Below are positions 37,801 to 50,559 of a stretch of DNA of 64,000 bases, piece after piece. Source of the stretch: Isurus oxyrinchus. Lineage: Eukaryota. Where the stretch lies: NCBI GenBank assembly GCA_026770705.1, contig JANJGN010000102.1, positions 372,001 to 436,000 on the forward strand. Reading direction: 5' to 3'. Below the pieces are notes generated by a model. It did no database searches. It was not told where the DNA came from and worked only from the letters and a program-made list of their open reading frames with translations. Both the position numbers and the translations under genes were made by a program. Numbering within the stretch: the stretch's first letter is position 1; each line of letters begins with the position of its first letter.

Positions 37801-38099
37801 ACCTTATTGAAACATATCAGATTATGGTGGGGGGTGGGGTTGGGGGCTTGACAGGGTGGATGCTGAGAGGATATTTCCCCCTCTTGGGGGGTATCTAGAA
37901 TGGAAGGGACAGTTTCAGAACAAGGGGTCTCCCATTGAAGACGGAGATGAGAAGGAATTTCTTCTCCTAGCGGGTCATCAGTTTGTGGAATTCTCTCCCC
38001 CAGAGAGCAGTGGAGGCTGGCTGATTGAATATATTCAAGGCTGAGTTAGACAGAATTTTTGATCAACAGAGGAGTCGAGGGTTATTGGGGGGCGAAACA

Positions 38100-40280
38100 T
38101 AAGAACATAAGAACTAGGAGTAGGCAATTTAGCCCCTCGAGCCTGCCCCGCCATTCAATATGATCATGGCTGATCTCATTTCGGCCTCAACTCCAATTTC
38201 CCACCCTCTCCCCATAACCTTTCAACCTGTTACTAATTAAAAATCTGTCTATTTCCTCCTTAAATTTATTCAGCGTCCCGGCATCCACTGCACTCCAAGG
38301 TAGTGAATTCCACAAATTCACCACCCTTTGAGAAAAGTAATTCCTTCTCATCTCTGATTTAAATCTACCACCCCTTCGCCTAAAACTATGGCCTCTCATT
38401 CTAGAATGCACCAGAGGGGGAAACATCTGCTCACGTCTACTTTGTCTATCCCCTTTAGCATCTTATATACCTCAATTAGATCTCCTTTCATCCTTCTAAA
38501 CTCTAGCGAGTGTCGGCCTAAGCTGCTCAATCTCTCCTCATAAGACAAGCCCCGCATCTCTGGAATCAATCTAGTGAACCTCCTCTGAACCGTCTCCAGT
38601 GCAACTATGTCCTTCCTCAAGTAAAGGGACCAAAGCTGTGCACAGTACTTCAGGTGCAGTCTCACCAATGCCTTGTACACTTGCAACAACACTTCCCTAT
38701 TTTTATACTCTATTCCTTTAGCAAGAGATGCCAAAATTCCATTTGCCTTCCTTATTACCTGCTCCGCCTGCATACTAGCTTTCAGCGATTCATGCACAAG
38801 GACACCCAGATCCCTCTGCACTGAAGCATTCTGAAGTTTCTCTCCAATTAAGTAATAAGTCGCCTTTTTATTCTTCTGACTAAAATGGATAACCTCACAC
38901 TTATCCACGTTAAACTCCATCTGCCAAATTTTGGCCCATTCACCTAACCTGTCCATATCCATTTGTAAATTTCTTATTTCTTCACTGCAACTTACTTTCC
39001 CACCTATTTTGGTGTCATCTGCAAATTTAGCTATAGTACCTTCTATCCCTGAATTCAAGTCATTAATACAGATTGTAAATAGTTGGGGCCCAAGGACCGA
39101 ACCCCATGGCACCCCACTAGTTAAGCTTGCCATCCAGAAAAGTACCCATTTATCTCGAATCTCTGCTTTCTGTTGGTTAGCCAATCCTCTATCCAATCTA
39201 ATGTATTACCCCTAATTCCATGTGATCTTATCTTGTGTATTAATCTCTTATGTGCCACCTTGTCAAAGGCCTTCTGCAAGTCCAGATATACTAAATCTAG
39301 AGGATCCACTTGATTGTCACATCTTCAAAGAACTCTAGCAAATTAGTCGAAAACAATTTACTCTTCATAAAACCATGCTGACTCTGATGGATTGCATTTT
39401 GACCTTCCAAATGCCCCATTACTACTTCCTTAATAATGGACTCCAACAATTTCCCAATGACAGACGTTAAACTAACTGGTCTATTGTTTCCCACTTTCTG
39501 CCTTCCCCACTTTTTGAAGAAGGGCGTTACATTAGCATTTTTCCAATCCACAGGAACCTTTCCAGAACCCAGGGAATTTTGGAATATTATAGCCAATGCA
39601 TCCACTATCTCCACTGCCACTTCCTTTAAGACACTGGGATGTAGGCCATCAGGTCCAGAGGACTTGTCACCCTTTAATCCCAATAGTTTGCTCAGTACTT
39701 TTTCTCCAGTGATGATGATTGTTCTAAGTTCCTCCTTCTCGATACCCTCTGCACTACCTGTTACTATTGGGGTGGTACTAGTGTCCTGCACCGTGAAAAC
39801 TGAGGCAAAATGTTGATTGAGCGTCTCTGCCAATTCTGGTCCTCCAAGGGACCAACATTCACTTTAGCTACTCTCTTTCCTTTTATATACTTGTGGAAGC
39901 TTTTGCTATCAGTGTTTACATCTTGCGCTAGTTTTCTTTCATAATTTACCTTTGCTCTTTTTATTATTTTTTTAGTAACCCTTTGTTGATCATTAAAAAT
40001 TTCCCAATCTTCCAGCCTGCCACTGATCTTTGCAATTTGCTATGCCTTAGTTTTTGCCTTTATGTTATCTTTAACCTCCTTGCTTAGCCATGGATGTTTT
40101 TTCCCCTCTTACCAGCTTTCTTCCTCTTTAGAATATATTTTACTTGGGAGGAATTGAATATCTCCTTAAATATCTGCCACTGTTCATCAACTGTCCCACC
40201 TTGTAGTCTTCCTGCCCAGTCCACAAGGGCCAAATCTGCCCTCATGCCTATGTAGTTAACTTTGTTTAACTCCAGAACAC
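38100..40280 (-). mobile_element. CR1 LINE ORF2 (RT) fragment, degenerate
   Basis: RPVSLTS, YLDLQKAFDKV, GSVLGPQLF, FADD, split by frameshifts. Confidence 0.93.
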
Positions 40281-41789
40281 TAGGAACAGGCAGGAAAGTG
40301 TAGCTGAGGTTACAGTCAGATCAGCCATGATCTTACTGAGTGACAGAGCAGGCTCGATGGGCTGAATGGCCTACTCCAGCTCTGAATTCCTGTGTCCTTA
40401 TGGTTTGACTGATTCTTTTTATTAAACAACATAATTCATGGTGGGATGTGGATGTTGCTGCCAAGGCTGCTGATTATTGCTCATCCCCTACAGTTGCCCT
40501 ATCCTGTGCACACCCCCAACACCCCCCTACCCCCATTGCAAAAAGTGCCAGCCTGGATGATGGGCCAAAGCGGGAGCGTCTTAACGCCGAGTGAGGCTGC
40601 CCTGTGCGCACGAGTGGAATTGAGGTCGCTTCGAAAAATGCCTCGGCGAACCCGACCAACTGCATTTTGGTCGTGGCCCCAATTCGAGGCACCAGAAGTT
40701 TCTACGAGGAAAGACTTTGAGCCTTTTCACCTTTTCTAACCAGCGGGCGGAGCAAAGCTACCAGCTGAGGTTTCCTGTCACCCCAATGGCATCATTCACA
40801 CTGTAAACTGTTCTCGTTTCTGTCAATCCAGTTTACGCATCACTTTTTCTTAAGCTTTGACTTACAGTCTCTCCAATTTCACCAGTAATTTGGAAGAAGG
40901 TCATTATATTTTTTTGACGTTCCTGCTCCGCCTTTTTTTTCTGGCAATGTGTTGGGATCCACGGGGTTGTGGTGGGGAGGTGGGGCATTGAAGCGCGCAG
41001 GAAGCAGCAGGTGGTTTCACACCCTCCCTCCCACCTCGTGTCTCTCTTGTGGTCAAGCTGCACTTTTTGAAATGTAAACGGTTGCCTGTTCCTCTCCGAC
41101 AGAGAGCGAGGGAGGGGCGTTGTCGACACGTGGGTGGGGAACGAGAGAAAGACAGGCAGCATCAGAGAGCCAGAAGGGAGTCAGAGGGACAGAGACGCGC
41201 GCACTCAGAGATAGAGCAAGATGGAGAGGCACACTAACAGATAAGAAGATAAAGAAGGTAGGAAGACGGGAAGAGAGACGGGGGCACAGAGTAAGAGGGA
41301 AGCGGAGACAGAAGGAGTGAGACAGAGGGAGGCAGGGAAAGGATGGACGGATGCAGTTAGACGTTGATAGAAAGGAGACTGCGGGAGGTAAAACAGGAGT
41401 TTGACAGGTACAGGTAGCGAGGAGGATACATGGGTGTATATGAAGAGGGAAAGATACAGCAGGGCATTTAGACAGTCAGGAGTGATATCAAGCCATACCT
41501 CCGCACACTGTACTCAGGAAAGGTTGACCATCTGCAGGAATGCTCAAAGGCTCAAGAGGGCCAAAGATGCTTCTGCATTGAAAAGGCAGAAGGGACAGTC
41601 TCTGTCATCTGGATTGAAGGGCCCCGTGTGAAATGGTGATCAGGGGGGCCAGTCCACACCAGCCAAACATCAGCACCAGAAACCTGAGGTGGGGCTTCTC
41701 TGGACAGGACTGAAAACCGACCCCACATCACTTGTCAACCGACTGGGGAGAGACGGAGGCAGAGGCTGTTACGAGGGGAAGACCTGGAA

Positions 41790-41823
41790 ATGGGTGGCAC
41801 TCAGCATAACCAGAGTTGTAAAG
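41790..41823 (+). CDS. Candidate first coding exon of a type III TM adaptor, MGGTQHNQSCK
   Basis: gaaATGg Kozak context, NQS sequon, donor AAG|gtaaga in phase 1, matching 42625. Confidence 0.45.
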
Positions 41824-42624
41824 GTAAGAGATGGAACCTGCTTTAACTCTTTGGGCGGAAAGGAGAAAAGTGGGCCCTACCAGGTGGTAGGGGTTGAGGG
41901 GTTTAGAAGGTGCTGTCGAAGGAGCCTTGGCGAGTTGCTGCAGTGCATCTTGTAGATGGTACACACACTGCTGCCCCTGTGCGTCGGTGGTGGAGGGAGT
42001 GAATGTTTGTGGATGGGGTGCCGATCAATCGAGGCTGCTTTGTCCTGGATGGTGTCGAGCTTCTTGAGTGTTGTGGGAGCTGCACTCATCCAGGCAAGTG
42101 GGGAGTATTCCATCACACTCCTGACTTGTACCTTGTAGATGGTGGACAGGCTTTGGGGAGTCAGGGGGTGAGTTATTCATCGCAGGATTCCCAGCCTCTG
42201 ACCTGCTCTTGTCGCCACAACATTTATATGGCTGGTCCAGTTCCGTTTCTGGTGAAAGGTAACCCGCCCCCTTAGGATGTTAGGATGGGGGATTGAGTGA
42301 TGGTAATGACATGAAAGATGGTCATTGCCTGGCACTTGTGTGGCATGAATGTAACTGGCACCATGAGAGTGGGACTCATAGGGGTGAATTCAGGGCAATA
42401 TTTCACACCAATCCATGGCAGGACAAATGGGTGTGGGGCCAAGCTAAGGAGATGTGAACAGGGGGCCGCAAGTGCAGGACATCTCTTTGGGAGGGGAATT
42501 GGTGGAACGGAGACAAATATCCCTGTAAGGGGAGAGGAAGAATGGCTGGGTCTTTGGGGTAGGGTTAAGAAGTGACCACCTCTCCTGTGCCTGTTTAACT
42601 CTGTGAACTGTGTTGACCTGGCAG

Positions 42625-42741
42625 GGTTACAGGATCTGTGCTGCAGTTCCCTGATGTGGACCATCTTTGGGGCCACAGGATTTTTCCTGTTCCTCTCTGT
42701 GACTTGTAACATTCTCTGCTGTGCTCGGAGCTACAGAAAAG
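42625..42741 (+). CDS. Transmembrane exon of a candidate adaptor, GLQDLCCSSLMWTIFGATGFFLFLSVTCNILCCARSYRK
   Basis: cag| ... AAG|gtaaca, 117 nt phase 1-1; single hydrophobic helix with extracellular Cys, SxxxN, juxtamembrane CC and basic residues; not an MHC TM pattern. Confidence 0.65.
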
Positions 42742-43019
42742 GTAACATGTCTTGCCAGACAGCTTCTGCTATAGGTGGCTTTGGGGGAGTTGAGGAGGGC
42801 TAGGTGTGGTTAGGTTGGTTTGGTCACAGGACGAGCAGGAGTGGCTCAGTCACTGGGGCTGAAATGCTTCCCACTCGCATCTAGATTGCGCAGTCACTCA
42901 ATGTCCTGCTGAGCAAACAGCATGTGGCCTCCCGGTATCAGCTACGGCTCAGTGTGTCAAAGGGTAGTGGGGTCAAGCCCCATCCAACACACAAAATCCA
43001 GGCTGACTCTTCTATTGCA

Positions 43020-43625
43020 GTACTGTCGGATGGTCAGTGTTGAGGGAGAGCCGCACTGTCGGATGGTCAGGACTCAGCGAGTGCCACACTGTCGGAGGGT
43101 CAGTACTGAGGGAGAGCCGCACTGTCGGAGGGTCAGTGCTGAGGGAGAGCCGCACTGTCGGAGGGTCAGTACTGAGAGAGAGCCGCATTGTCGGAGGGTC
43201 AGTACTGAGGGAGAGCCGCACTATCAGAGGGTCAGTGCTGAGGGAGAGCCGCACTGTCGGAGGGTCAGTACTGAGGGAGAGCTGCACTGTCGGAGGGTCA
43301 GTACTGAGGGAGTGCCGCATTGTCGGAGGGTCAGTGTTGAGGGAGCGCCGCACTGTCGGAGGGTCAGTGTTGAGGGAGCGCCGCACTGTCGGATGGTCAG
43401 GACTGAGGGAGTGCCGCACTGTCGGAGGGTCAGTACTGAGGGAGTGCCGCATTGTCGGAGGGTCAGTGTTGAGGGAGCGCCGCACTGTCGGAGGGTCAGT
43501 GTTGAGGGAGCGCCGCACTGTCGGATGGTCAGGACTGAGGGAGTGCCGCACTGTCGGATGGTCAGTACTGAGGGAGTGCCGCATTGTCGGAGGGTTAGTG
43601 CTGAGAGAGTGCCACACTGTCAGAG
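43020..43625 (+). repeat. 33-bp minisatellite expanded from a DeuSINE-like element (5' part from about 42940)
   Basis: Unit gtcagtactgagggagtgccgcactgtcggagg. Confidence 0.85.
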
Positions 43626-44349
43626 GTGTGTACCAGAGTAAAGAGTTAGTTTATCTTGCAGCTGCTTGCCTGACACAGTTAACCCTTACATAATGCAGGC
43701 ACGTATCTGGAATCTCTCGCCAGTAACAGACTTTATGCCCAGGGCTTACTTCTGCGCTGCTCAACCGCTGCAAGTGTGGGTGGGCTCAGGAAATGCTGCA
43801 ACCAATCCTGGGTGTGTCTGAAAAGTGACCTGGGCTGCCGTTGCCTTGGAATTTGGCCTCTCTCCATGGCCGAAGTCAAACGCGGCGAGGAGGAGAGGTT
43901 GTGCCCTCTTGAGGTGAGGTGTCTCCAGAGCTGAGCTTACCTCGGACCTGCTGGGGGGGGGGGTCTGCAGTCAGCACCGCTTTGTACTGACAACCCACAA
44001 AGCCCACGGTGACCCCAGGCATGTCCAGCGAGGGCAGACAGGGGACATGGAGCGACCTACAGGAGACAAACAGGCAGAGTATGGGGAAGGTGGTGAGGGG
44101 GAGGGGACAGTGTAGAGGGAGTTTTACTCAGTATCTAACCCCGTGCTGTACCTGTCCTGGGAGTGTTTGATGGGGACAGTGTAGAGGGAGCTCTACTCTG
44201 TATCTAACCCCGTGCTGTACCTGTCCTGGGAGTGTTTGATGGGGACGGTGTAGAGGGAGCTTTACTCTGTATCTAACCCTGTGCTGTACGTGTCCTGGGA
44301 ATGTTTGATGGGGACTGTGTAGAGGCAGTTTTATGCCTGTATACTTTGG

Positions 44350-45075
44350 ACTATGTCAGTATTTACAGGCGGTCTCTAGGGAGCGTGCCAATATTTACAG
44401 GGTGTCTATGGGGAGTGTGTGAGTATTTACAGGGGGTCCCAGGGGAATGAGTCAGTAGTTAGACGGGTCCCTGTAAGTATGTCAGCATTTAGAGCGGTCC
44501 CAGGGAGTGTGTCAATGTTTACAGGGGTTTGCTGGGGAGGGTGTCAGTGTTTACAGGGGTTCCCCAGGGAGTGTGTCAGTACTTACAGGGGTTCCCCAGG
44601 GAGTGTGTCAGTACTTACAGGGGGCCCCCGGTGAGTGTGTCAGTATTTACAGGGGATACCGGGGAGTGTGTCAGTATTTACAGGGGGTACTGGGGAGTGC
44701 GTCAGTATTTACAGGGGTTCCCCGGGGAGTGTGTCAGTGTTTACAGGGGGCCCCTGGAGAGTGTGTCAGTATTTACAGGGGGTACCGGGGAGTGTGTCAG
44801 TATTTACAGGGGGTACCGGGGAGTGTGTCAGTATTTACAGCGGGTACCAGGGATGTGTCAGTATTTACAGAAGACCCCTGGAGAGTGTGTCAGTATTTGC
44901 AGGGGTACCGGGGCGTATGTCAGTATTTACAGGGGGTCCCCGGAAGTGCGTCAATATTTACAAGGGATCCCCGGGGAGTGTGTCAGTATTTACAGGGTGT
45001 CCCTGGGGTGTGTGTCAGTGTTTACAGGGGGTCCCCGGGGACTGTGTCAGTATTTACGGGGGTCCCCAGGGAGTG
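44350..45075 (+). repeat. ~29-30-bp minisatellite; second array at 14480-14792
   Basis: Unit gtgtgtcagtatttacagggggtccccggga. Confidence 0.95.
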
Positions 45076-45214
45076 AACTAAAAGGGTTCTGAAGAAGAGT
45101 CATACGGACTCAAAACGTTCACTTTGTTTTTCTCTCCACAGAAACTGCTGATTTTTCCAGCACTTTTTGTTTTCGTTTCAGATTTCCAGCATCACCAGTA
45201 TTATGCCTTTATCA

Positions 45215-47825
45215 AATGAGGACATATGGGTAGAAGTAAAACACAAAAGGAGCAAACACACTTTTGGGTGTGTACTATAGGCCCCCAAAGAGTCAGGCCG
45301 AGATAGAGGATCAAATATGCAATCAAATTTCAGAGAAGTGTAAGAATAATAAGGCAGTAATAGTGGGGGATTTTAACTACCCAAATATTAATCAGGATAG
45401 TTTTAGTGTGCAAGGTAAGGAGGGAGCAAAATTCTTAAGTTGCATCCAGGAGAAACTTTTTAGCCAGTACATAGAAAGCCCAACAAGGAAGGGAGCAGTT
45501 CTGGACCTAATATTCGGAAATTAGCCTGGGCAGATGGAAGGCATATCAGTAATGGAGCATTTTGGAGATAATGACCATAACTCAGTTAGATTTAGGATAG
45601 TTATGGAAAAGGATAAGGTTGGGCCTGGAATAAAAGTTCTAAATTGGGGAAATGCTAATTTTAATAAGATGAGATACAATTTGGCACAAGTGGACTGGGA
45701 GCAGCTACTTGCAGATAAAACTGTGTCAGAGTAGTGGAAGGCATTCAAGGAGAAAATAGTGAGAGTACAAGGCAAATATGTTCCCGTAAAGATAAAGAGG
45801 GGCTCTAAGTCTGAAGAATGCTGGATGTCAAGGGACATAAAGGTTAGGATTAAGAGAAAAAGAGAAGCTTATGGCAGATACTGAGGGCTCAATATGGCAG
45901 AGTCCCAAGAGGAGTATAAAAAGTGCAAGGGGAACTTAATGGAAACTACGAAAGCTAAGAAAGTGCATGAGAAAGCATTGATGGGTAGAATAAAGGAAAA
46001 CCCAAAGGGGTTTTTTAAATAGATAAAGAGCAATAGAATAACTAGGGGAAGAGTAGGGTTAATTAGGGACCATGGAGGTAATCTATGTGTGGACCCGGAA
46101 GATGCGGGTACAGTCCTCAATGAATACTTTGCGTCGGTCTTCACATTGGAAAAGGACGATGCAGGTATAGACATCAGGGTGGAGGAATGTGAAATATTAG
46201 AGGAAATTAACATAGAGAGAGAGGAGGTGCTTGTGGGTTTAGCGGCCTTAAAAGTGGATATTTCCACAGGCCCGGATGAGATGTATCCCAGGCTGCTGAG
46301 GGAGGCAAGGGAAGTGATATCAGGGGCCCTGGCAGTAATTTTCAATTACTCTCTGGCCACAGGTGAGGTGCCGGAGGATTGAAGGATTGCTAACGTTATC
46401 CCATTATTGAAAAAGGAAGGAAGGGATAGACCAGGAAATTACAGGCCAGCCAGTCTAACCTCTGTGGTGGAGAAGTTACTAGAAAGAATTCTGAGGGACA
46501 AAATATATCTGCACTTGGAGAGAGACGGATTAATCAGGGATAGTCAGCATGGATTTGTTAAGGAAGGTCATGTTTGACAAATTTGATCTAATTTTTTGAG
46601 GAGGTAACCAGGAGTGTTGATGAGGGTAATGCATTTGATGTGGTCTACATGGACTTTAGCAAGGCTTTTGATAAGGTCCCTCATGGCACACTGGTCAAGA
46701 AAGTAAGAGCCTATGGGATCCAAGGCAAAGTGGCACATTGGATCCAAAATTGGCTGAGAGGCAGGAAGCAGAGGGTGATGTTAGAGGGATGTTTCTGTTA
46801 CTGGAAGTCTGTTTCCAGTGGGATTCTGCAGGGCTCAGTGCTGGGGCCCTTGCTGTTTGTGATGTACATAAATGATTTGGACTTAAATGTAGGGGCTATG
46901 ATGAAGAAGTTCATGGATGACGTGAAAATTGGTAGGGTGGTAAATAGTGAGGAGGATAGCCATAAACTGCAGGAGGATATCAATGGTCAGGTCAGGTGGG
47001 CAGAGCAGTGACAAATGGAATTCAACCCGGAAAAGTGTGAACGAATGCACATGGGGAGGGCTAACAAGGCGAGGGATTACACTATGAATGGTAGGATCCT
47101 GGAAAGTACTGAAGATCAGAGGGATCTTGATGTGCATATCCAGGGATTCCTGAAGGTAGCAGGGCAGGTAGATAAGGTGGTTAAGAAAGCATATGGGATA
47201 CTTGCAATTATTAGTCGAGGCGTAGAAGAGCCAGGAGGTTATGCTGGAACTGTACGAAATGCTGGTCAGGCCACAATTGAGTACTGTGTGCAGTTCTGGC
47301 CACCACATTATAGGAAGGATATGATTGCACTGGAGAGGGTACAGAGGAGATTTACCGGGATGCCACCTGGGCTGGAGGGTCTGAGCTATGAGGAAAGATT
47401 GTATAGGCTGGTGTTGTTTCCCTTGGAGCAGCGATGTTTGAGGGGGGACCTGATAGAGGTGTATAAGATTATGAGGGGCATAGATAGGGGGGACAGGAAA
47501 GCACTTTTTCCATTAGTAGAGGGGTCAATAACCAGGGGGCATAGATTTAAGGTAAGAGGTAGAAGAGTAAGAGGCGAGCTGAGGTGAAATTTTTTCACCC
47601 AGAGGTTGGTGGAAGTCTGGAACTCACTGCCTGAAAGGGTGGTTGACTCAGAAATGCTCATAACATTTAAGAAGTATTTAGATATTCACTTGCATTGCCA
47701 TGGCCTGCAGGGTCATGGGCCAAGCGCTGGAAAATGGAATTAGTGTAGTCAGATCTTTGTTGACCAGCATGGACACGATGGGCCAAATGGCTTCCTTCTG
47801 TGCAGTAAAAGTCTATGAGTCTATG
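45215..47825 (+). mobile_element. CR1 LINE ORF2 (APE endonuclease plus RT), degenerate
   Basis: VYYRPP, GDFNYP, YMDFSKAFDKVPH, QGSVLGPLLF; multiple stops. Confidence 0.93.
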
Positions 47826-47937
47826 GGGGTGAGAGAAACTGCCATTTACTTGGAATATTTTTGGCTGTATAAGAATATTTCAGGGGTTGTGGATATATTT
47901 AACCCAGTAGTACAACTTGGTGTTTTTCTGTTTCCAG

Positions 47938-48045
47938 CAAAGTTCATTAACCGGGCAGGACCATGTCGGATGAATCCATGCAATTCCAGTATGCGGTCCA
48001 GTAGCTCAAACACTTCTAACTCCTCCAACACCAGGTGCTCTTCAG
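47938..48045 (+). CDS. Ser-rich cytoplasmic exon AKFINRAGPCRMNPCNSSMRSSSSNTSNSSNTRCSS, similar to WB cytoplasmic exon 2
   Basis: tttttctgtttccag| ... CAG|gtaact, 108 nt phase 1-1; ungapped matches to 3217-3306 at F3, N13, S18, M19, S21, S24, S27. Confidence 0.55.
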
Positions 48046-50559
48046 GTAACTGTGGTTCTATATATCTGTCAACCTGTTTTCAGTCATGGGGCAGGATTTT
48101 TCCTATGGCGGGCGGGATGGGCGGGGGTAGGCACGGAGCCAATCGTCTCCTGCAATCTGCTCCGCACTGCCATTTTACACGGGCAGACCAATTAAGGCCC
48201 GCCCAGCGTAACACACGACCAGTAGTGCTCAGTGCTACTTGCGCGGGCAGGGGGAGGAGAGAGAGTCAGGGCCAGTGCTCCTTCGCGCATGTGCGCAAAA
48301 GAGCGCAGCAATCTCCCTGAGGCACAGAGCTGCCTCACGGAGATTGAATGGATATTAAAACAATTGAATAAATGATTTAAAAATGTATTTAAACATGTCC
48401 CCTCATGTGACTGAGTAATGCTGCATTCTGTAAATAACTCGAATATTAAGTAAAAAGATTGGTGTCTGGTTTCCTGTTTCACCGTCTGGCTTTGTAATCA
48501 GTTGCCATCTAACTCTTACTGTGAGATTTTGTTAAATACAAAATGGCTTCCACAAGGCCATATTCAACCAATTCATTATCAAGTACTTTGGGCTGTTCCT
48601 CAGAAAGATGATCAGAGTGTTATATAAACTCCAACTTTTCCTCCTTAATCTCATTCTCTTTTCCTTCCTAGAATGCAAAGTCAGATATGAAAGATTGTGG
48701 GAAAATTTGAAGAATTTTAATTCCATGTTTCTATCTGTATTCACTGCAGTTTTCTGATCAAACTTTATGTTATCATTGTCGTTCAGTCTCTCAGTGTCCT
48801 GTTTGTGTGTGAGCTTTCATTGGGATTTGTCATCCCTGTGCGTGCTGAAAACTGTCAATAGATTTACTGATCACTCTCACCATTTCCCCAAAACATGTTC
48901 AGTAAATAATGGGGTCTGTTTATTTGATGCATTAAAATACATTGGAATGAAAGCTGTCCCATTGTGTTGTGAATGTCTCATCTTACACTGTATTTGTGCT
49001 ACAACTGGTTAAAATTAAAGTATTCAGGAACTCTGGCATTTTAGCAATAATAGAGAGGTAAAGGAGTTAGATTGCTCCTGAAACGGGGTTGAGATTTGGG
49101 CGCCAGGCGATGTGTACAGAGCTAAAGAGCGACCGGTGCCAGGATTTTGGAAATCAGTCCGCTGGCCTCCTTCATGTCGGACCATGAATGATGGGTTTTG
49201 TCATGACCCCAGAGGCAGCTGACTACCCTTGCTGGAAATAATGATCATAACTGTGCTCAATCTGTACACAGGTTAATGAGCCAATCCTCTGCTATGTTGG
49301 GTGCCCCTCAATCCCACACCTGCTATCTCGCTGTTGCATCTGCAGCTGAAGGTGGGCAGAAGAGAGGGGCTGTGGTGGTTTACGCCCCCACCCTCCATTG
49401 ATCGCATGCAACGCCATTGGGTCATCTTCAAGATGGCAGTAGAGGCAGGTTTTCAATGGATGAGTGGATTGGAGGACTTTCAGTAAATTCGCCCCCTTAC
49501 AGGTGGCTTACACTGAAGGAGCTGCTCTTTCTGCAAACAGTTGGCAGGTCTTTTGTCATTTCTGGTGCCAACTCTGACCAGGAGTCTGCCACCTGCACCC
49601 AAAATGTTCATCAGGGTGACTATGCGCCCCTGCTTTCCAGAGGCAGCCCCTGGCTCACGTGCCATGACCCTCACCACCTAGGCTCGACCTCTCATCCTGA
49701 AAGGCAGCCTGCAGCATGTACTCACCTCTTGGACTGGGACTTGAATCCATGGCCATCGGACTCAGAGGTGGGAGTGCTACCGCTGTGGGAAAGAGCAAGA
49801 ATGGGCCCTTGCAGCTTTAACATGGAATACGTTTCGAAGGCATTTTAGAAAAACGGCGACAGGAGAAGAATGAAGAGAATCTTTGCCAAGCCCCAGCAGA
49901 AGAATTGAAGAGGAATGACTGAACGTTTCGTTAGAGAAATCGGTTTCAGATCTTGAAAGGTGGGTTTTGAGGGAGGGTCCATAGCATGTGGGCCGAGGAG
50001 GCTGAAGGCAAGGCTGCTAATAGTGGGGGCAAGGGGGTTTTCCCTCGATCTTCCCCTCCAGTAACTGTTTCTGTCTACCATCTGCTCTAGTTATGTGACT
50101 GAAGTGTCTTATTTTTCTTGCTCTGATGTTCTGTACTAACTTCCTCTCTTCTGCCGCCATTTCCAGCGCTTCCTCATTAGCCTTTCTGTGTTGGGGTCAT
50201 GCCGAGCATTCTCCCATAAGTCCACATCTCTAACGCGTTCAGCTTATCAATAGTCTCTTGGTTTGTTGTCCATGTCTCTGAGTGATATAACATTGGTGTA
50301 TAAGAAGCAAGATTCACACTGTTGCTGTATTCTTGAGCAGGAGTTTACTAGTGCGGCTTGCTGAAAGAAACAAAGTTCCGATGCCAGTTACCCAAGGCAT
50401 GAACTGCCAACCTCCCGATGTCCTGCAACACGAACAGATCCCACGGATGTGTAATACAGAGTCTTTGGGAATTATGGCCAGGCACACCTCAAAGAAAGAT
50501 GTCATGATGCAACCCTAATATCTCAGATATAGTTATACAATAATAGTCTTTTTGTATGT

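Noticed and set aside
42922-43693. 200+ aa ORFs with 11-aa repeats
   Set aside because: Translation of a 33-bp minisatellite, open in several frames.
44419-45092. Cys/Gly-rich ORFs (also 14476-15010)
   Set aside because: Minisatellite artefacts.
49277-49352. MSQSSAMLGAPQSHTCYLAVASAAE|gtgggc as the WB leader
   Set aside because: Phase fits, but the hydrophobic core is too weak and the donor is poor.
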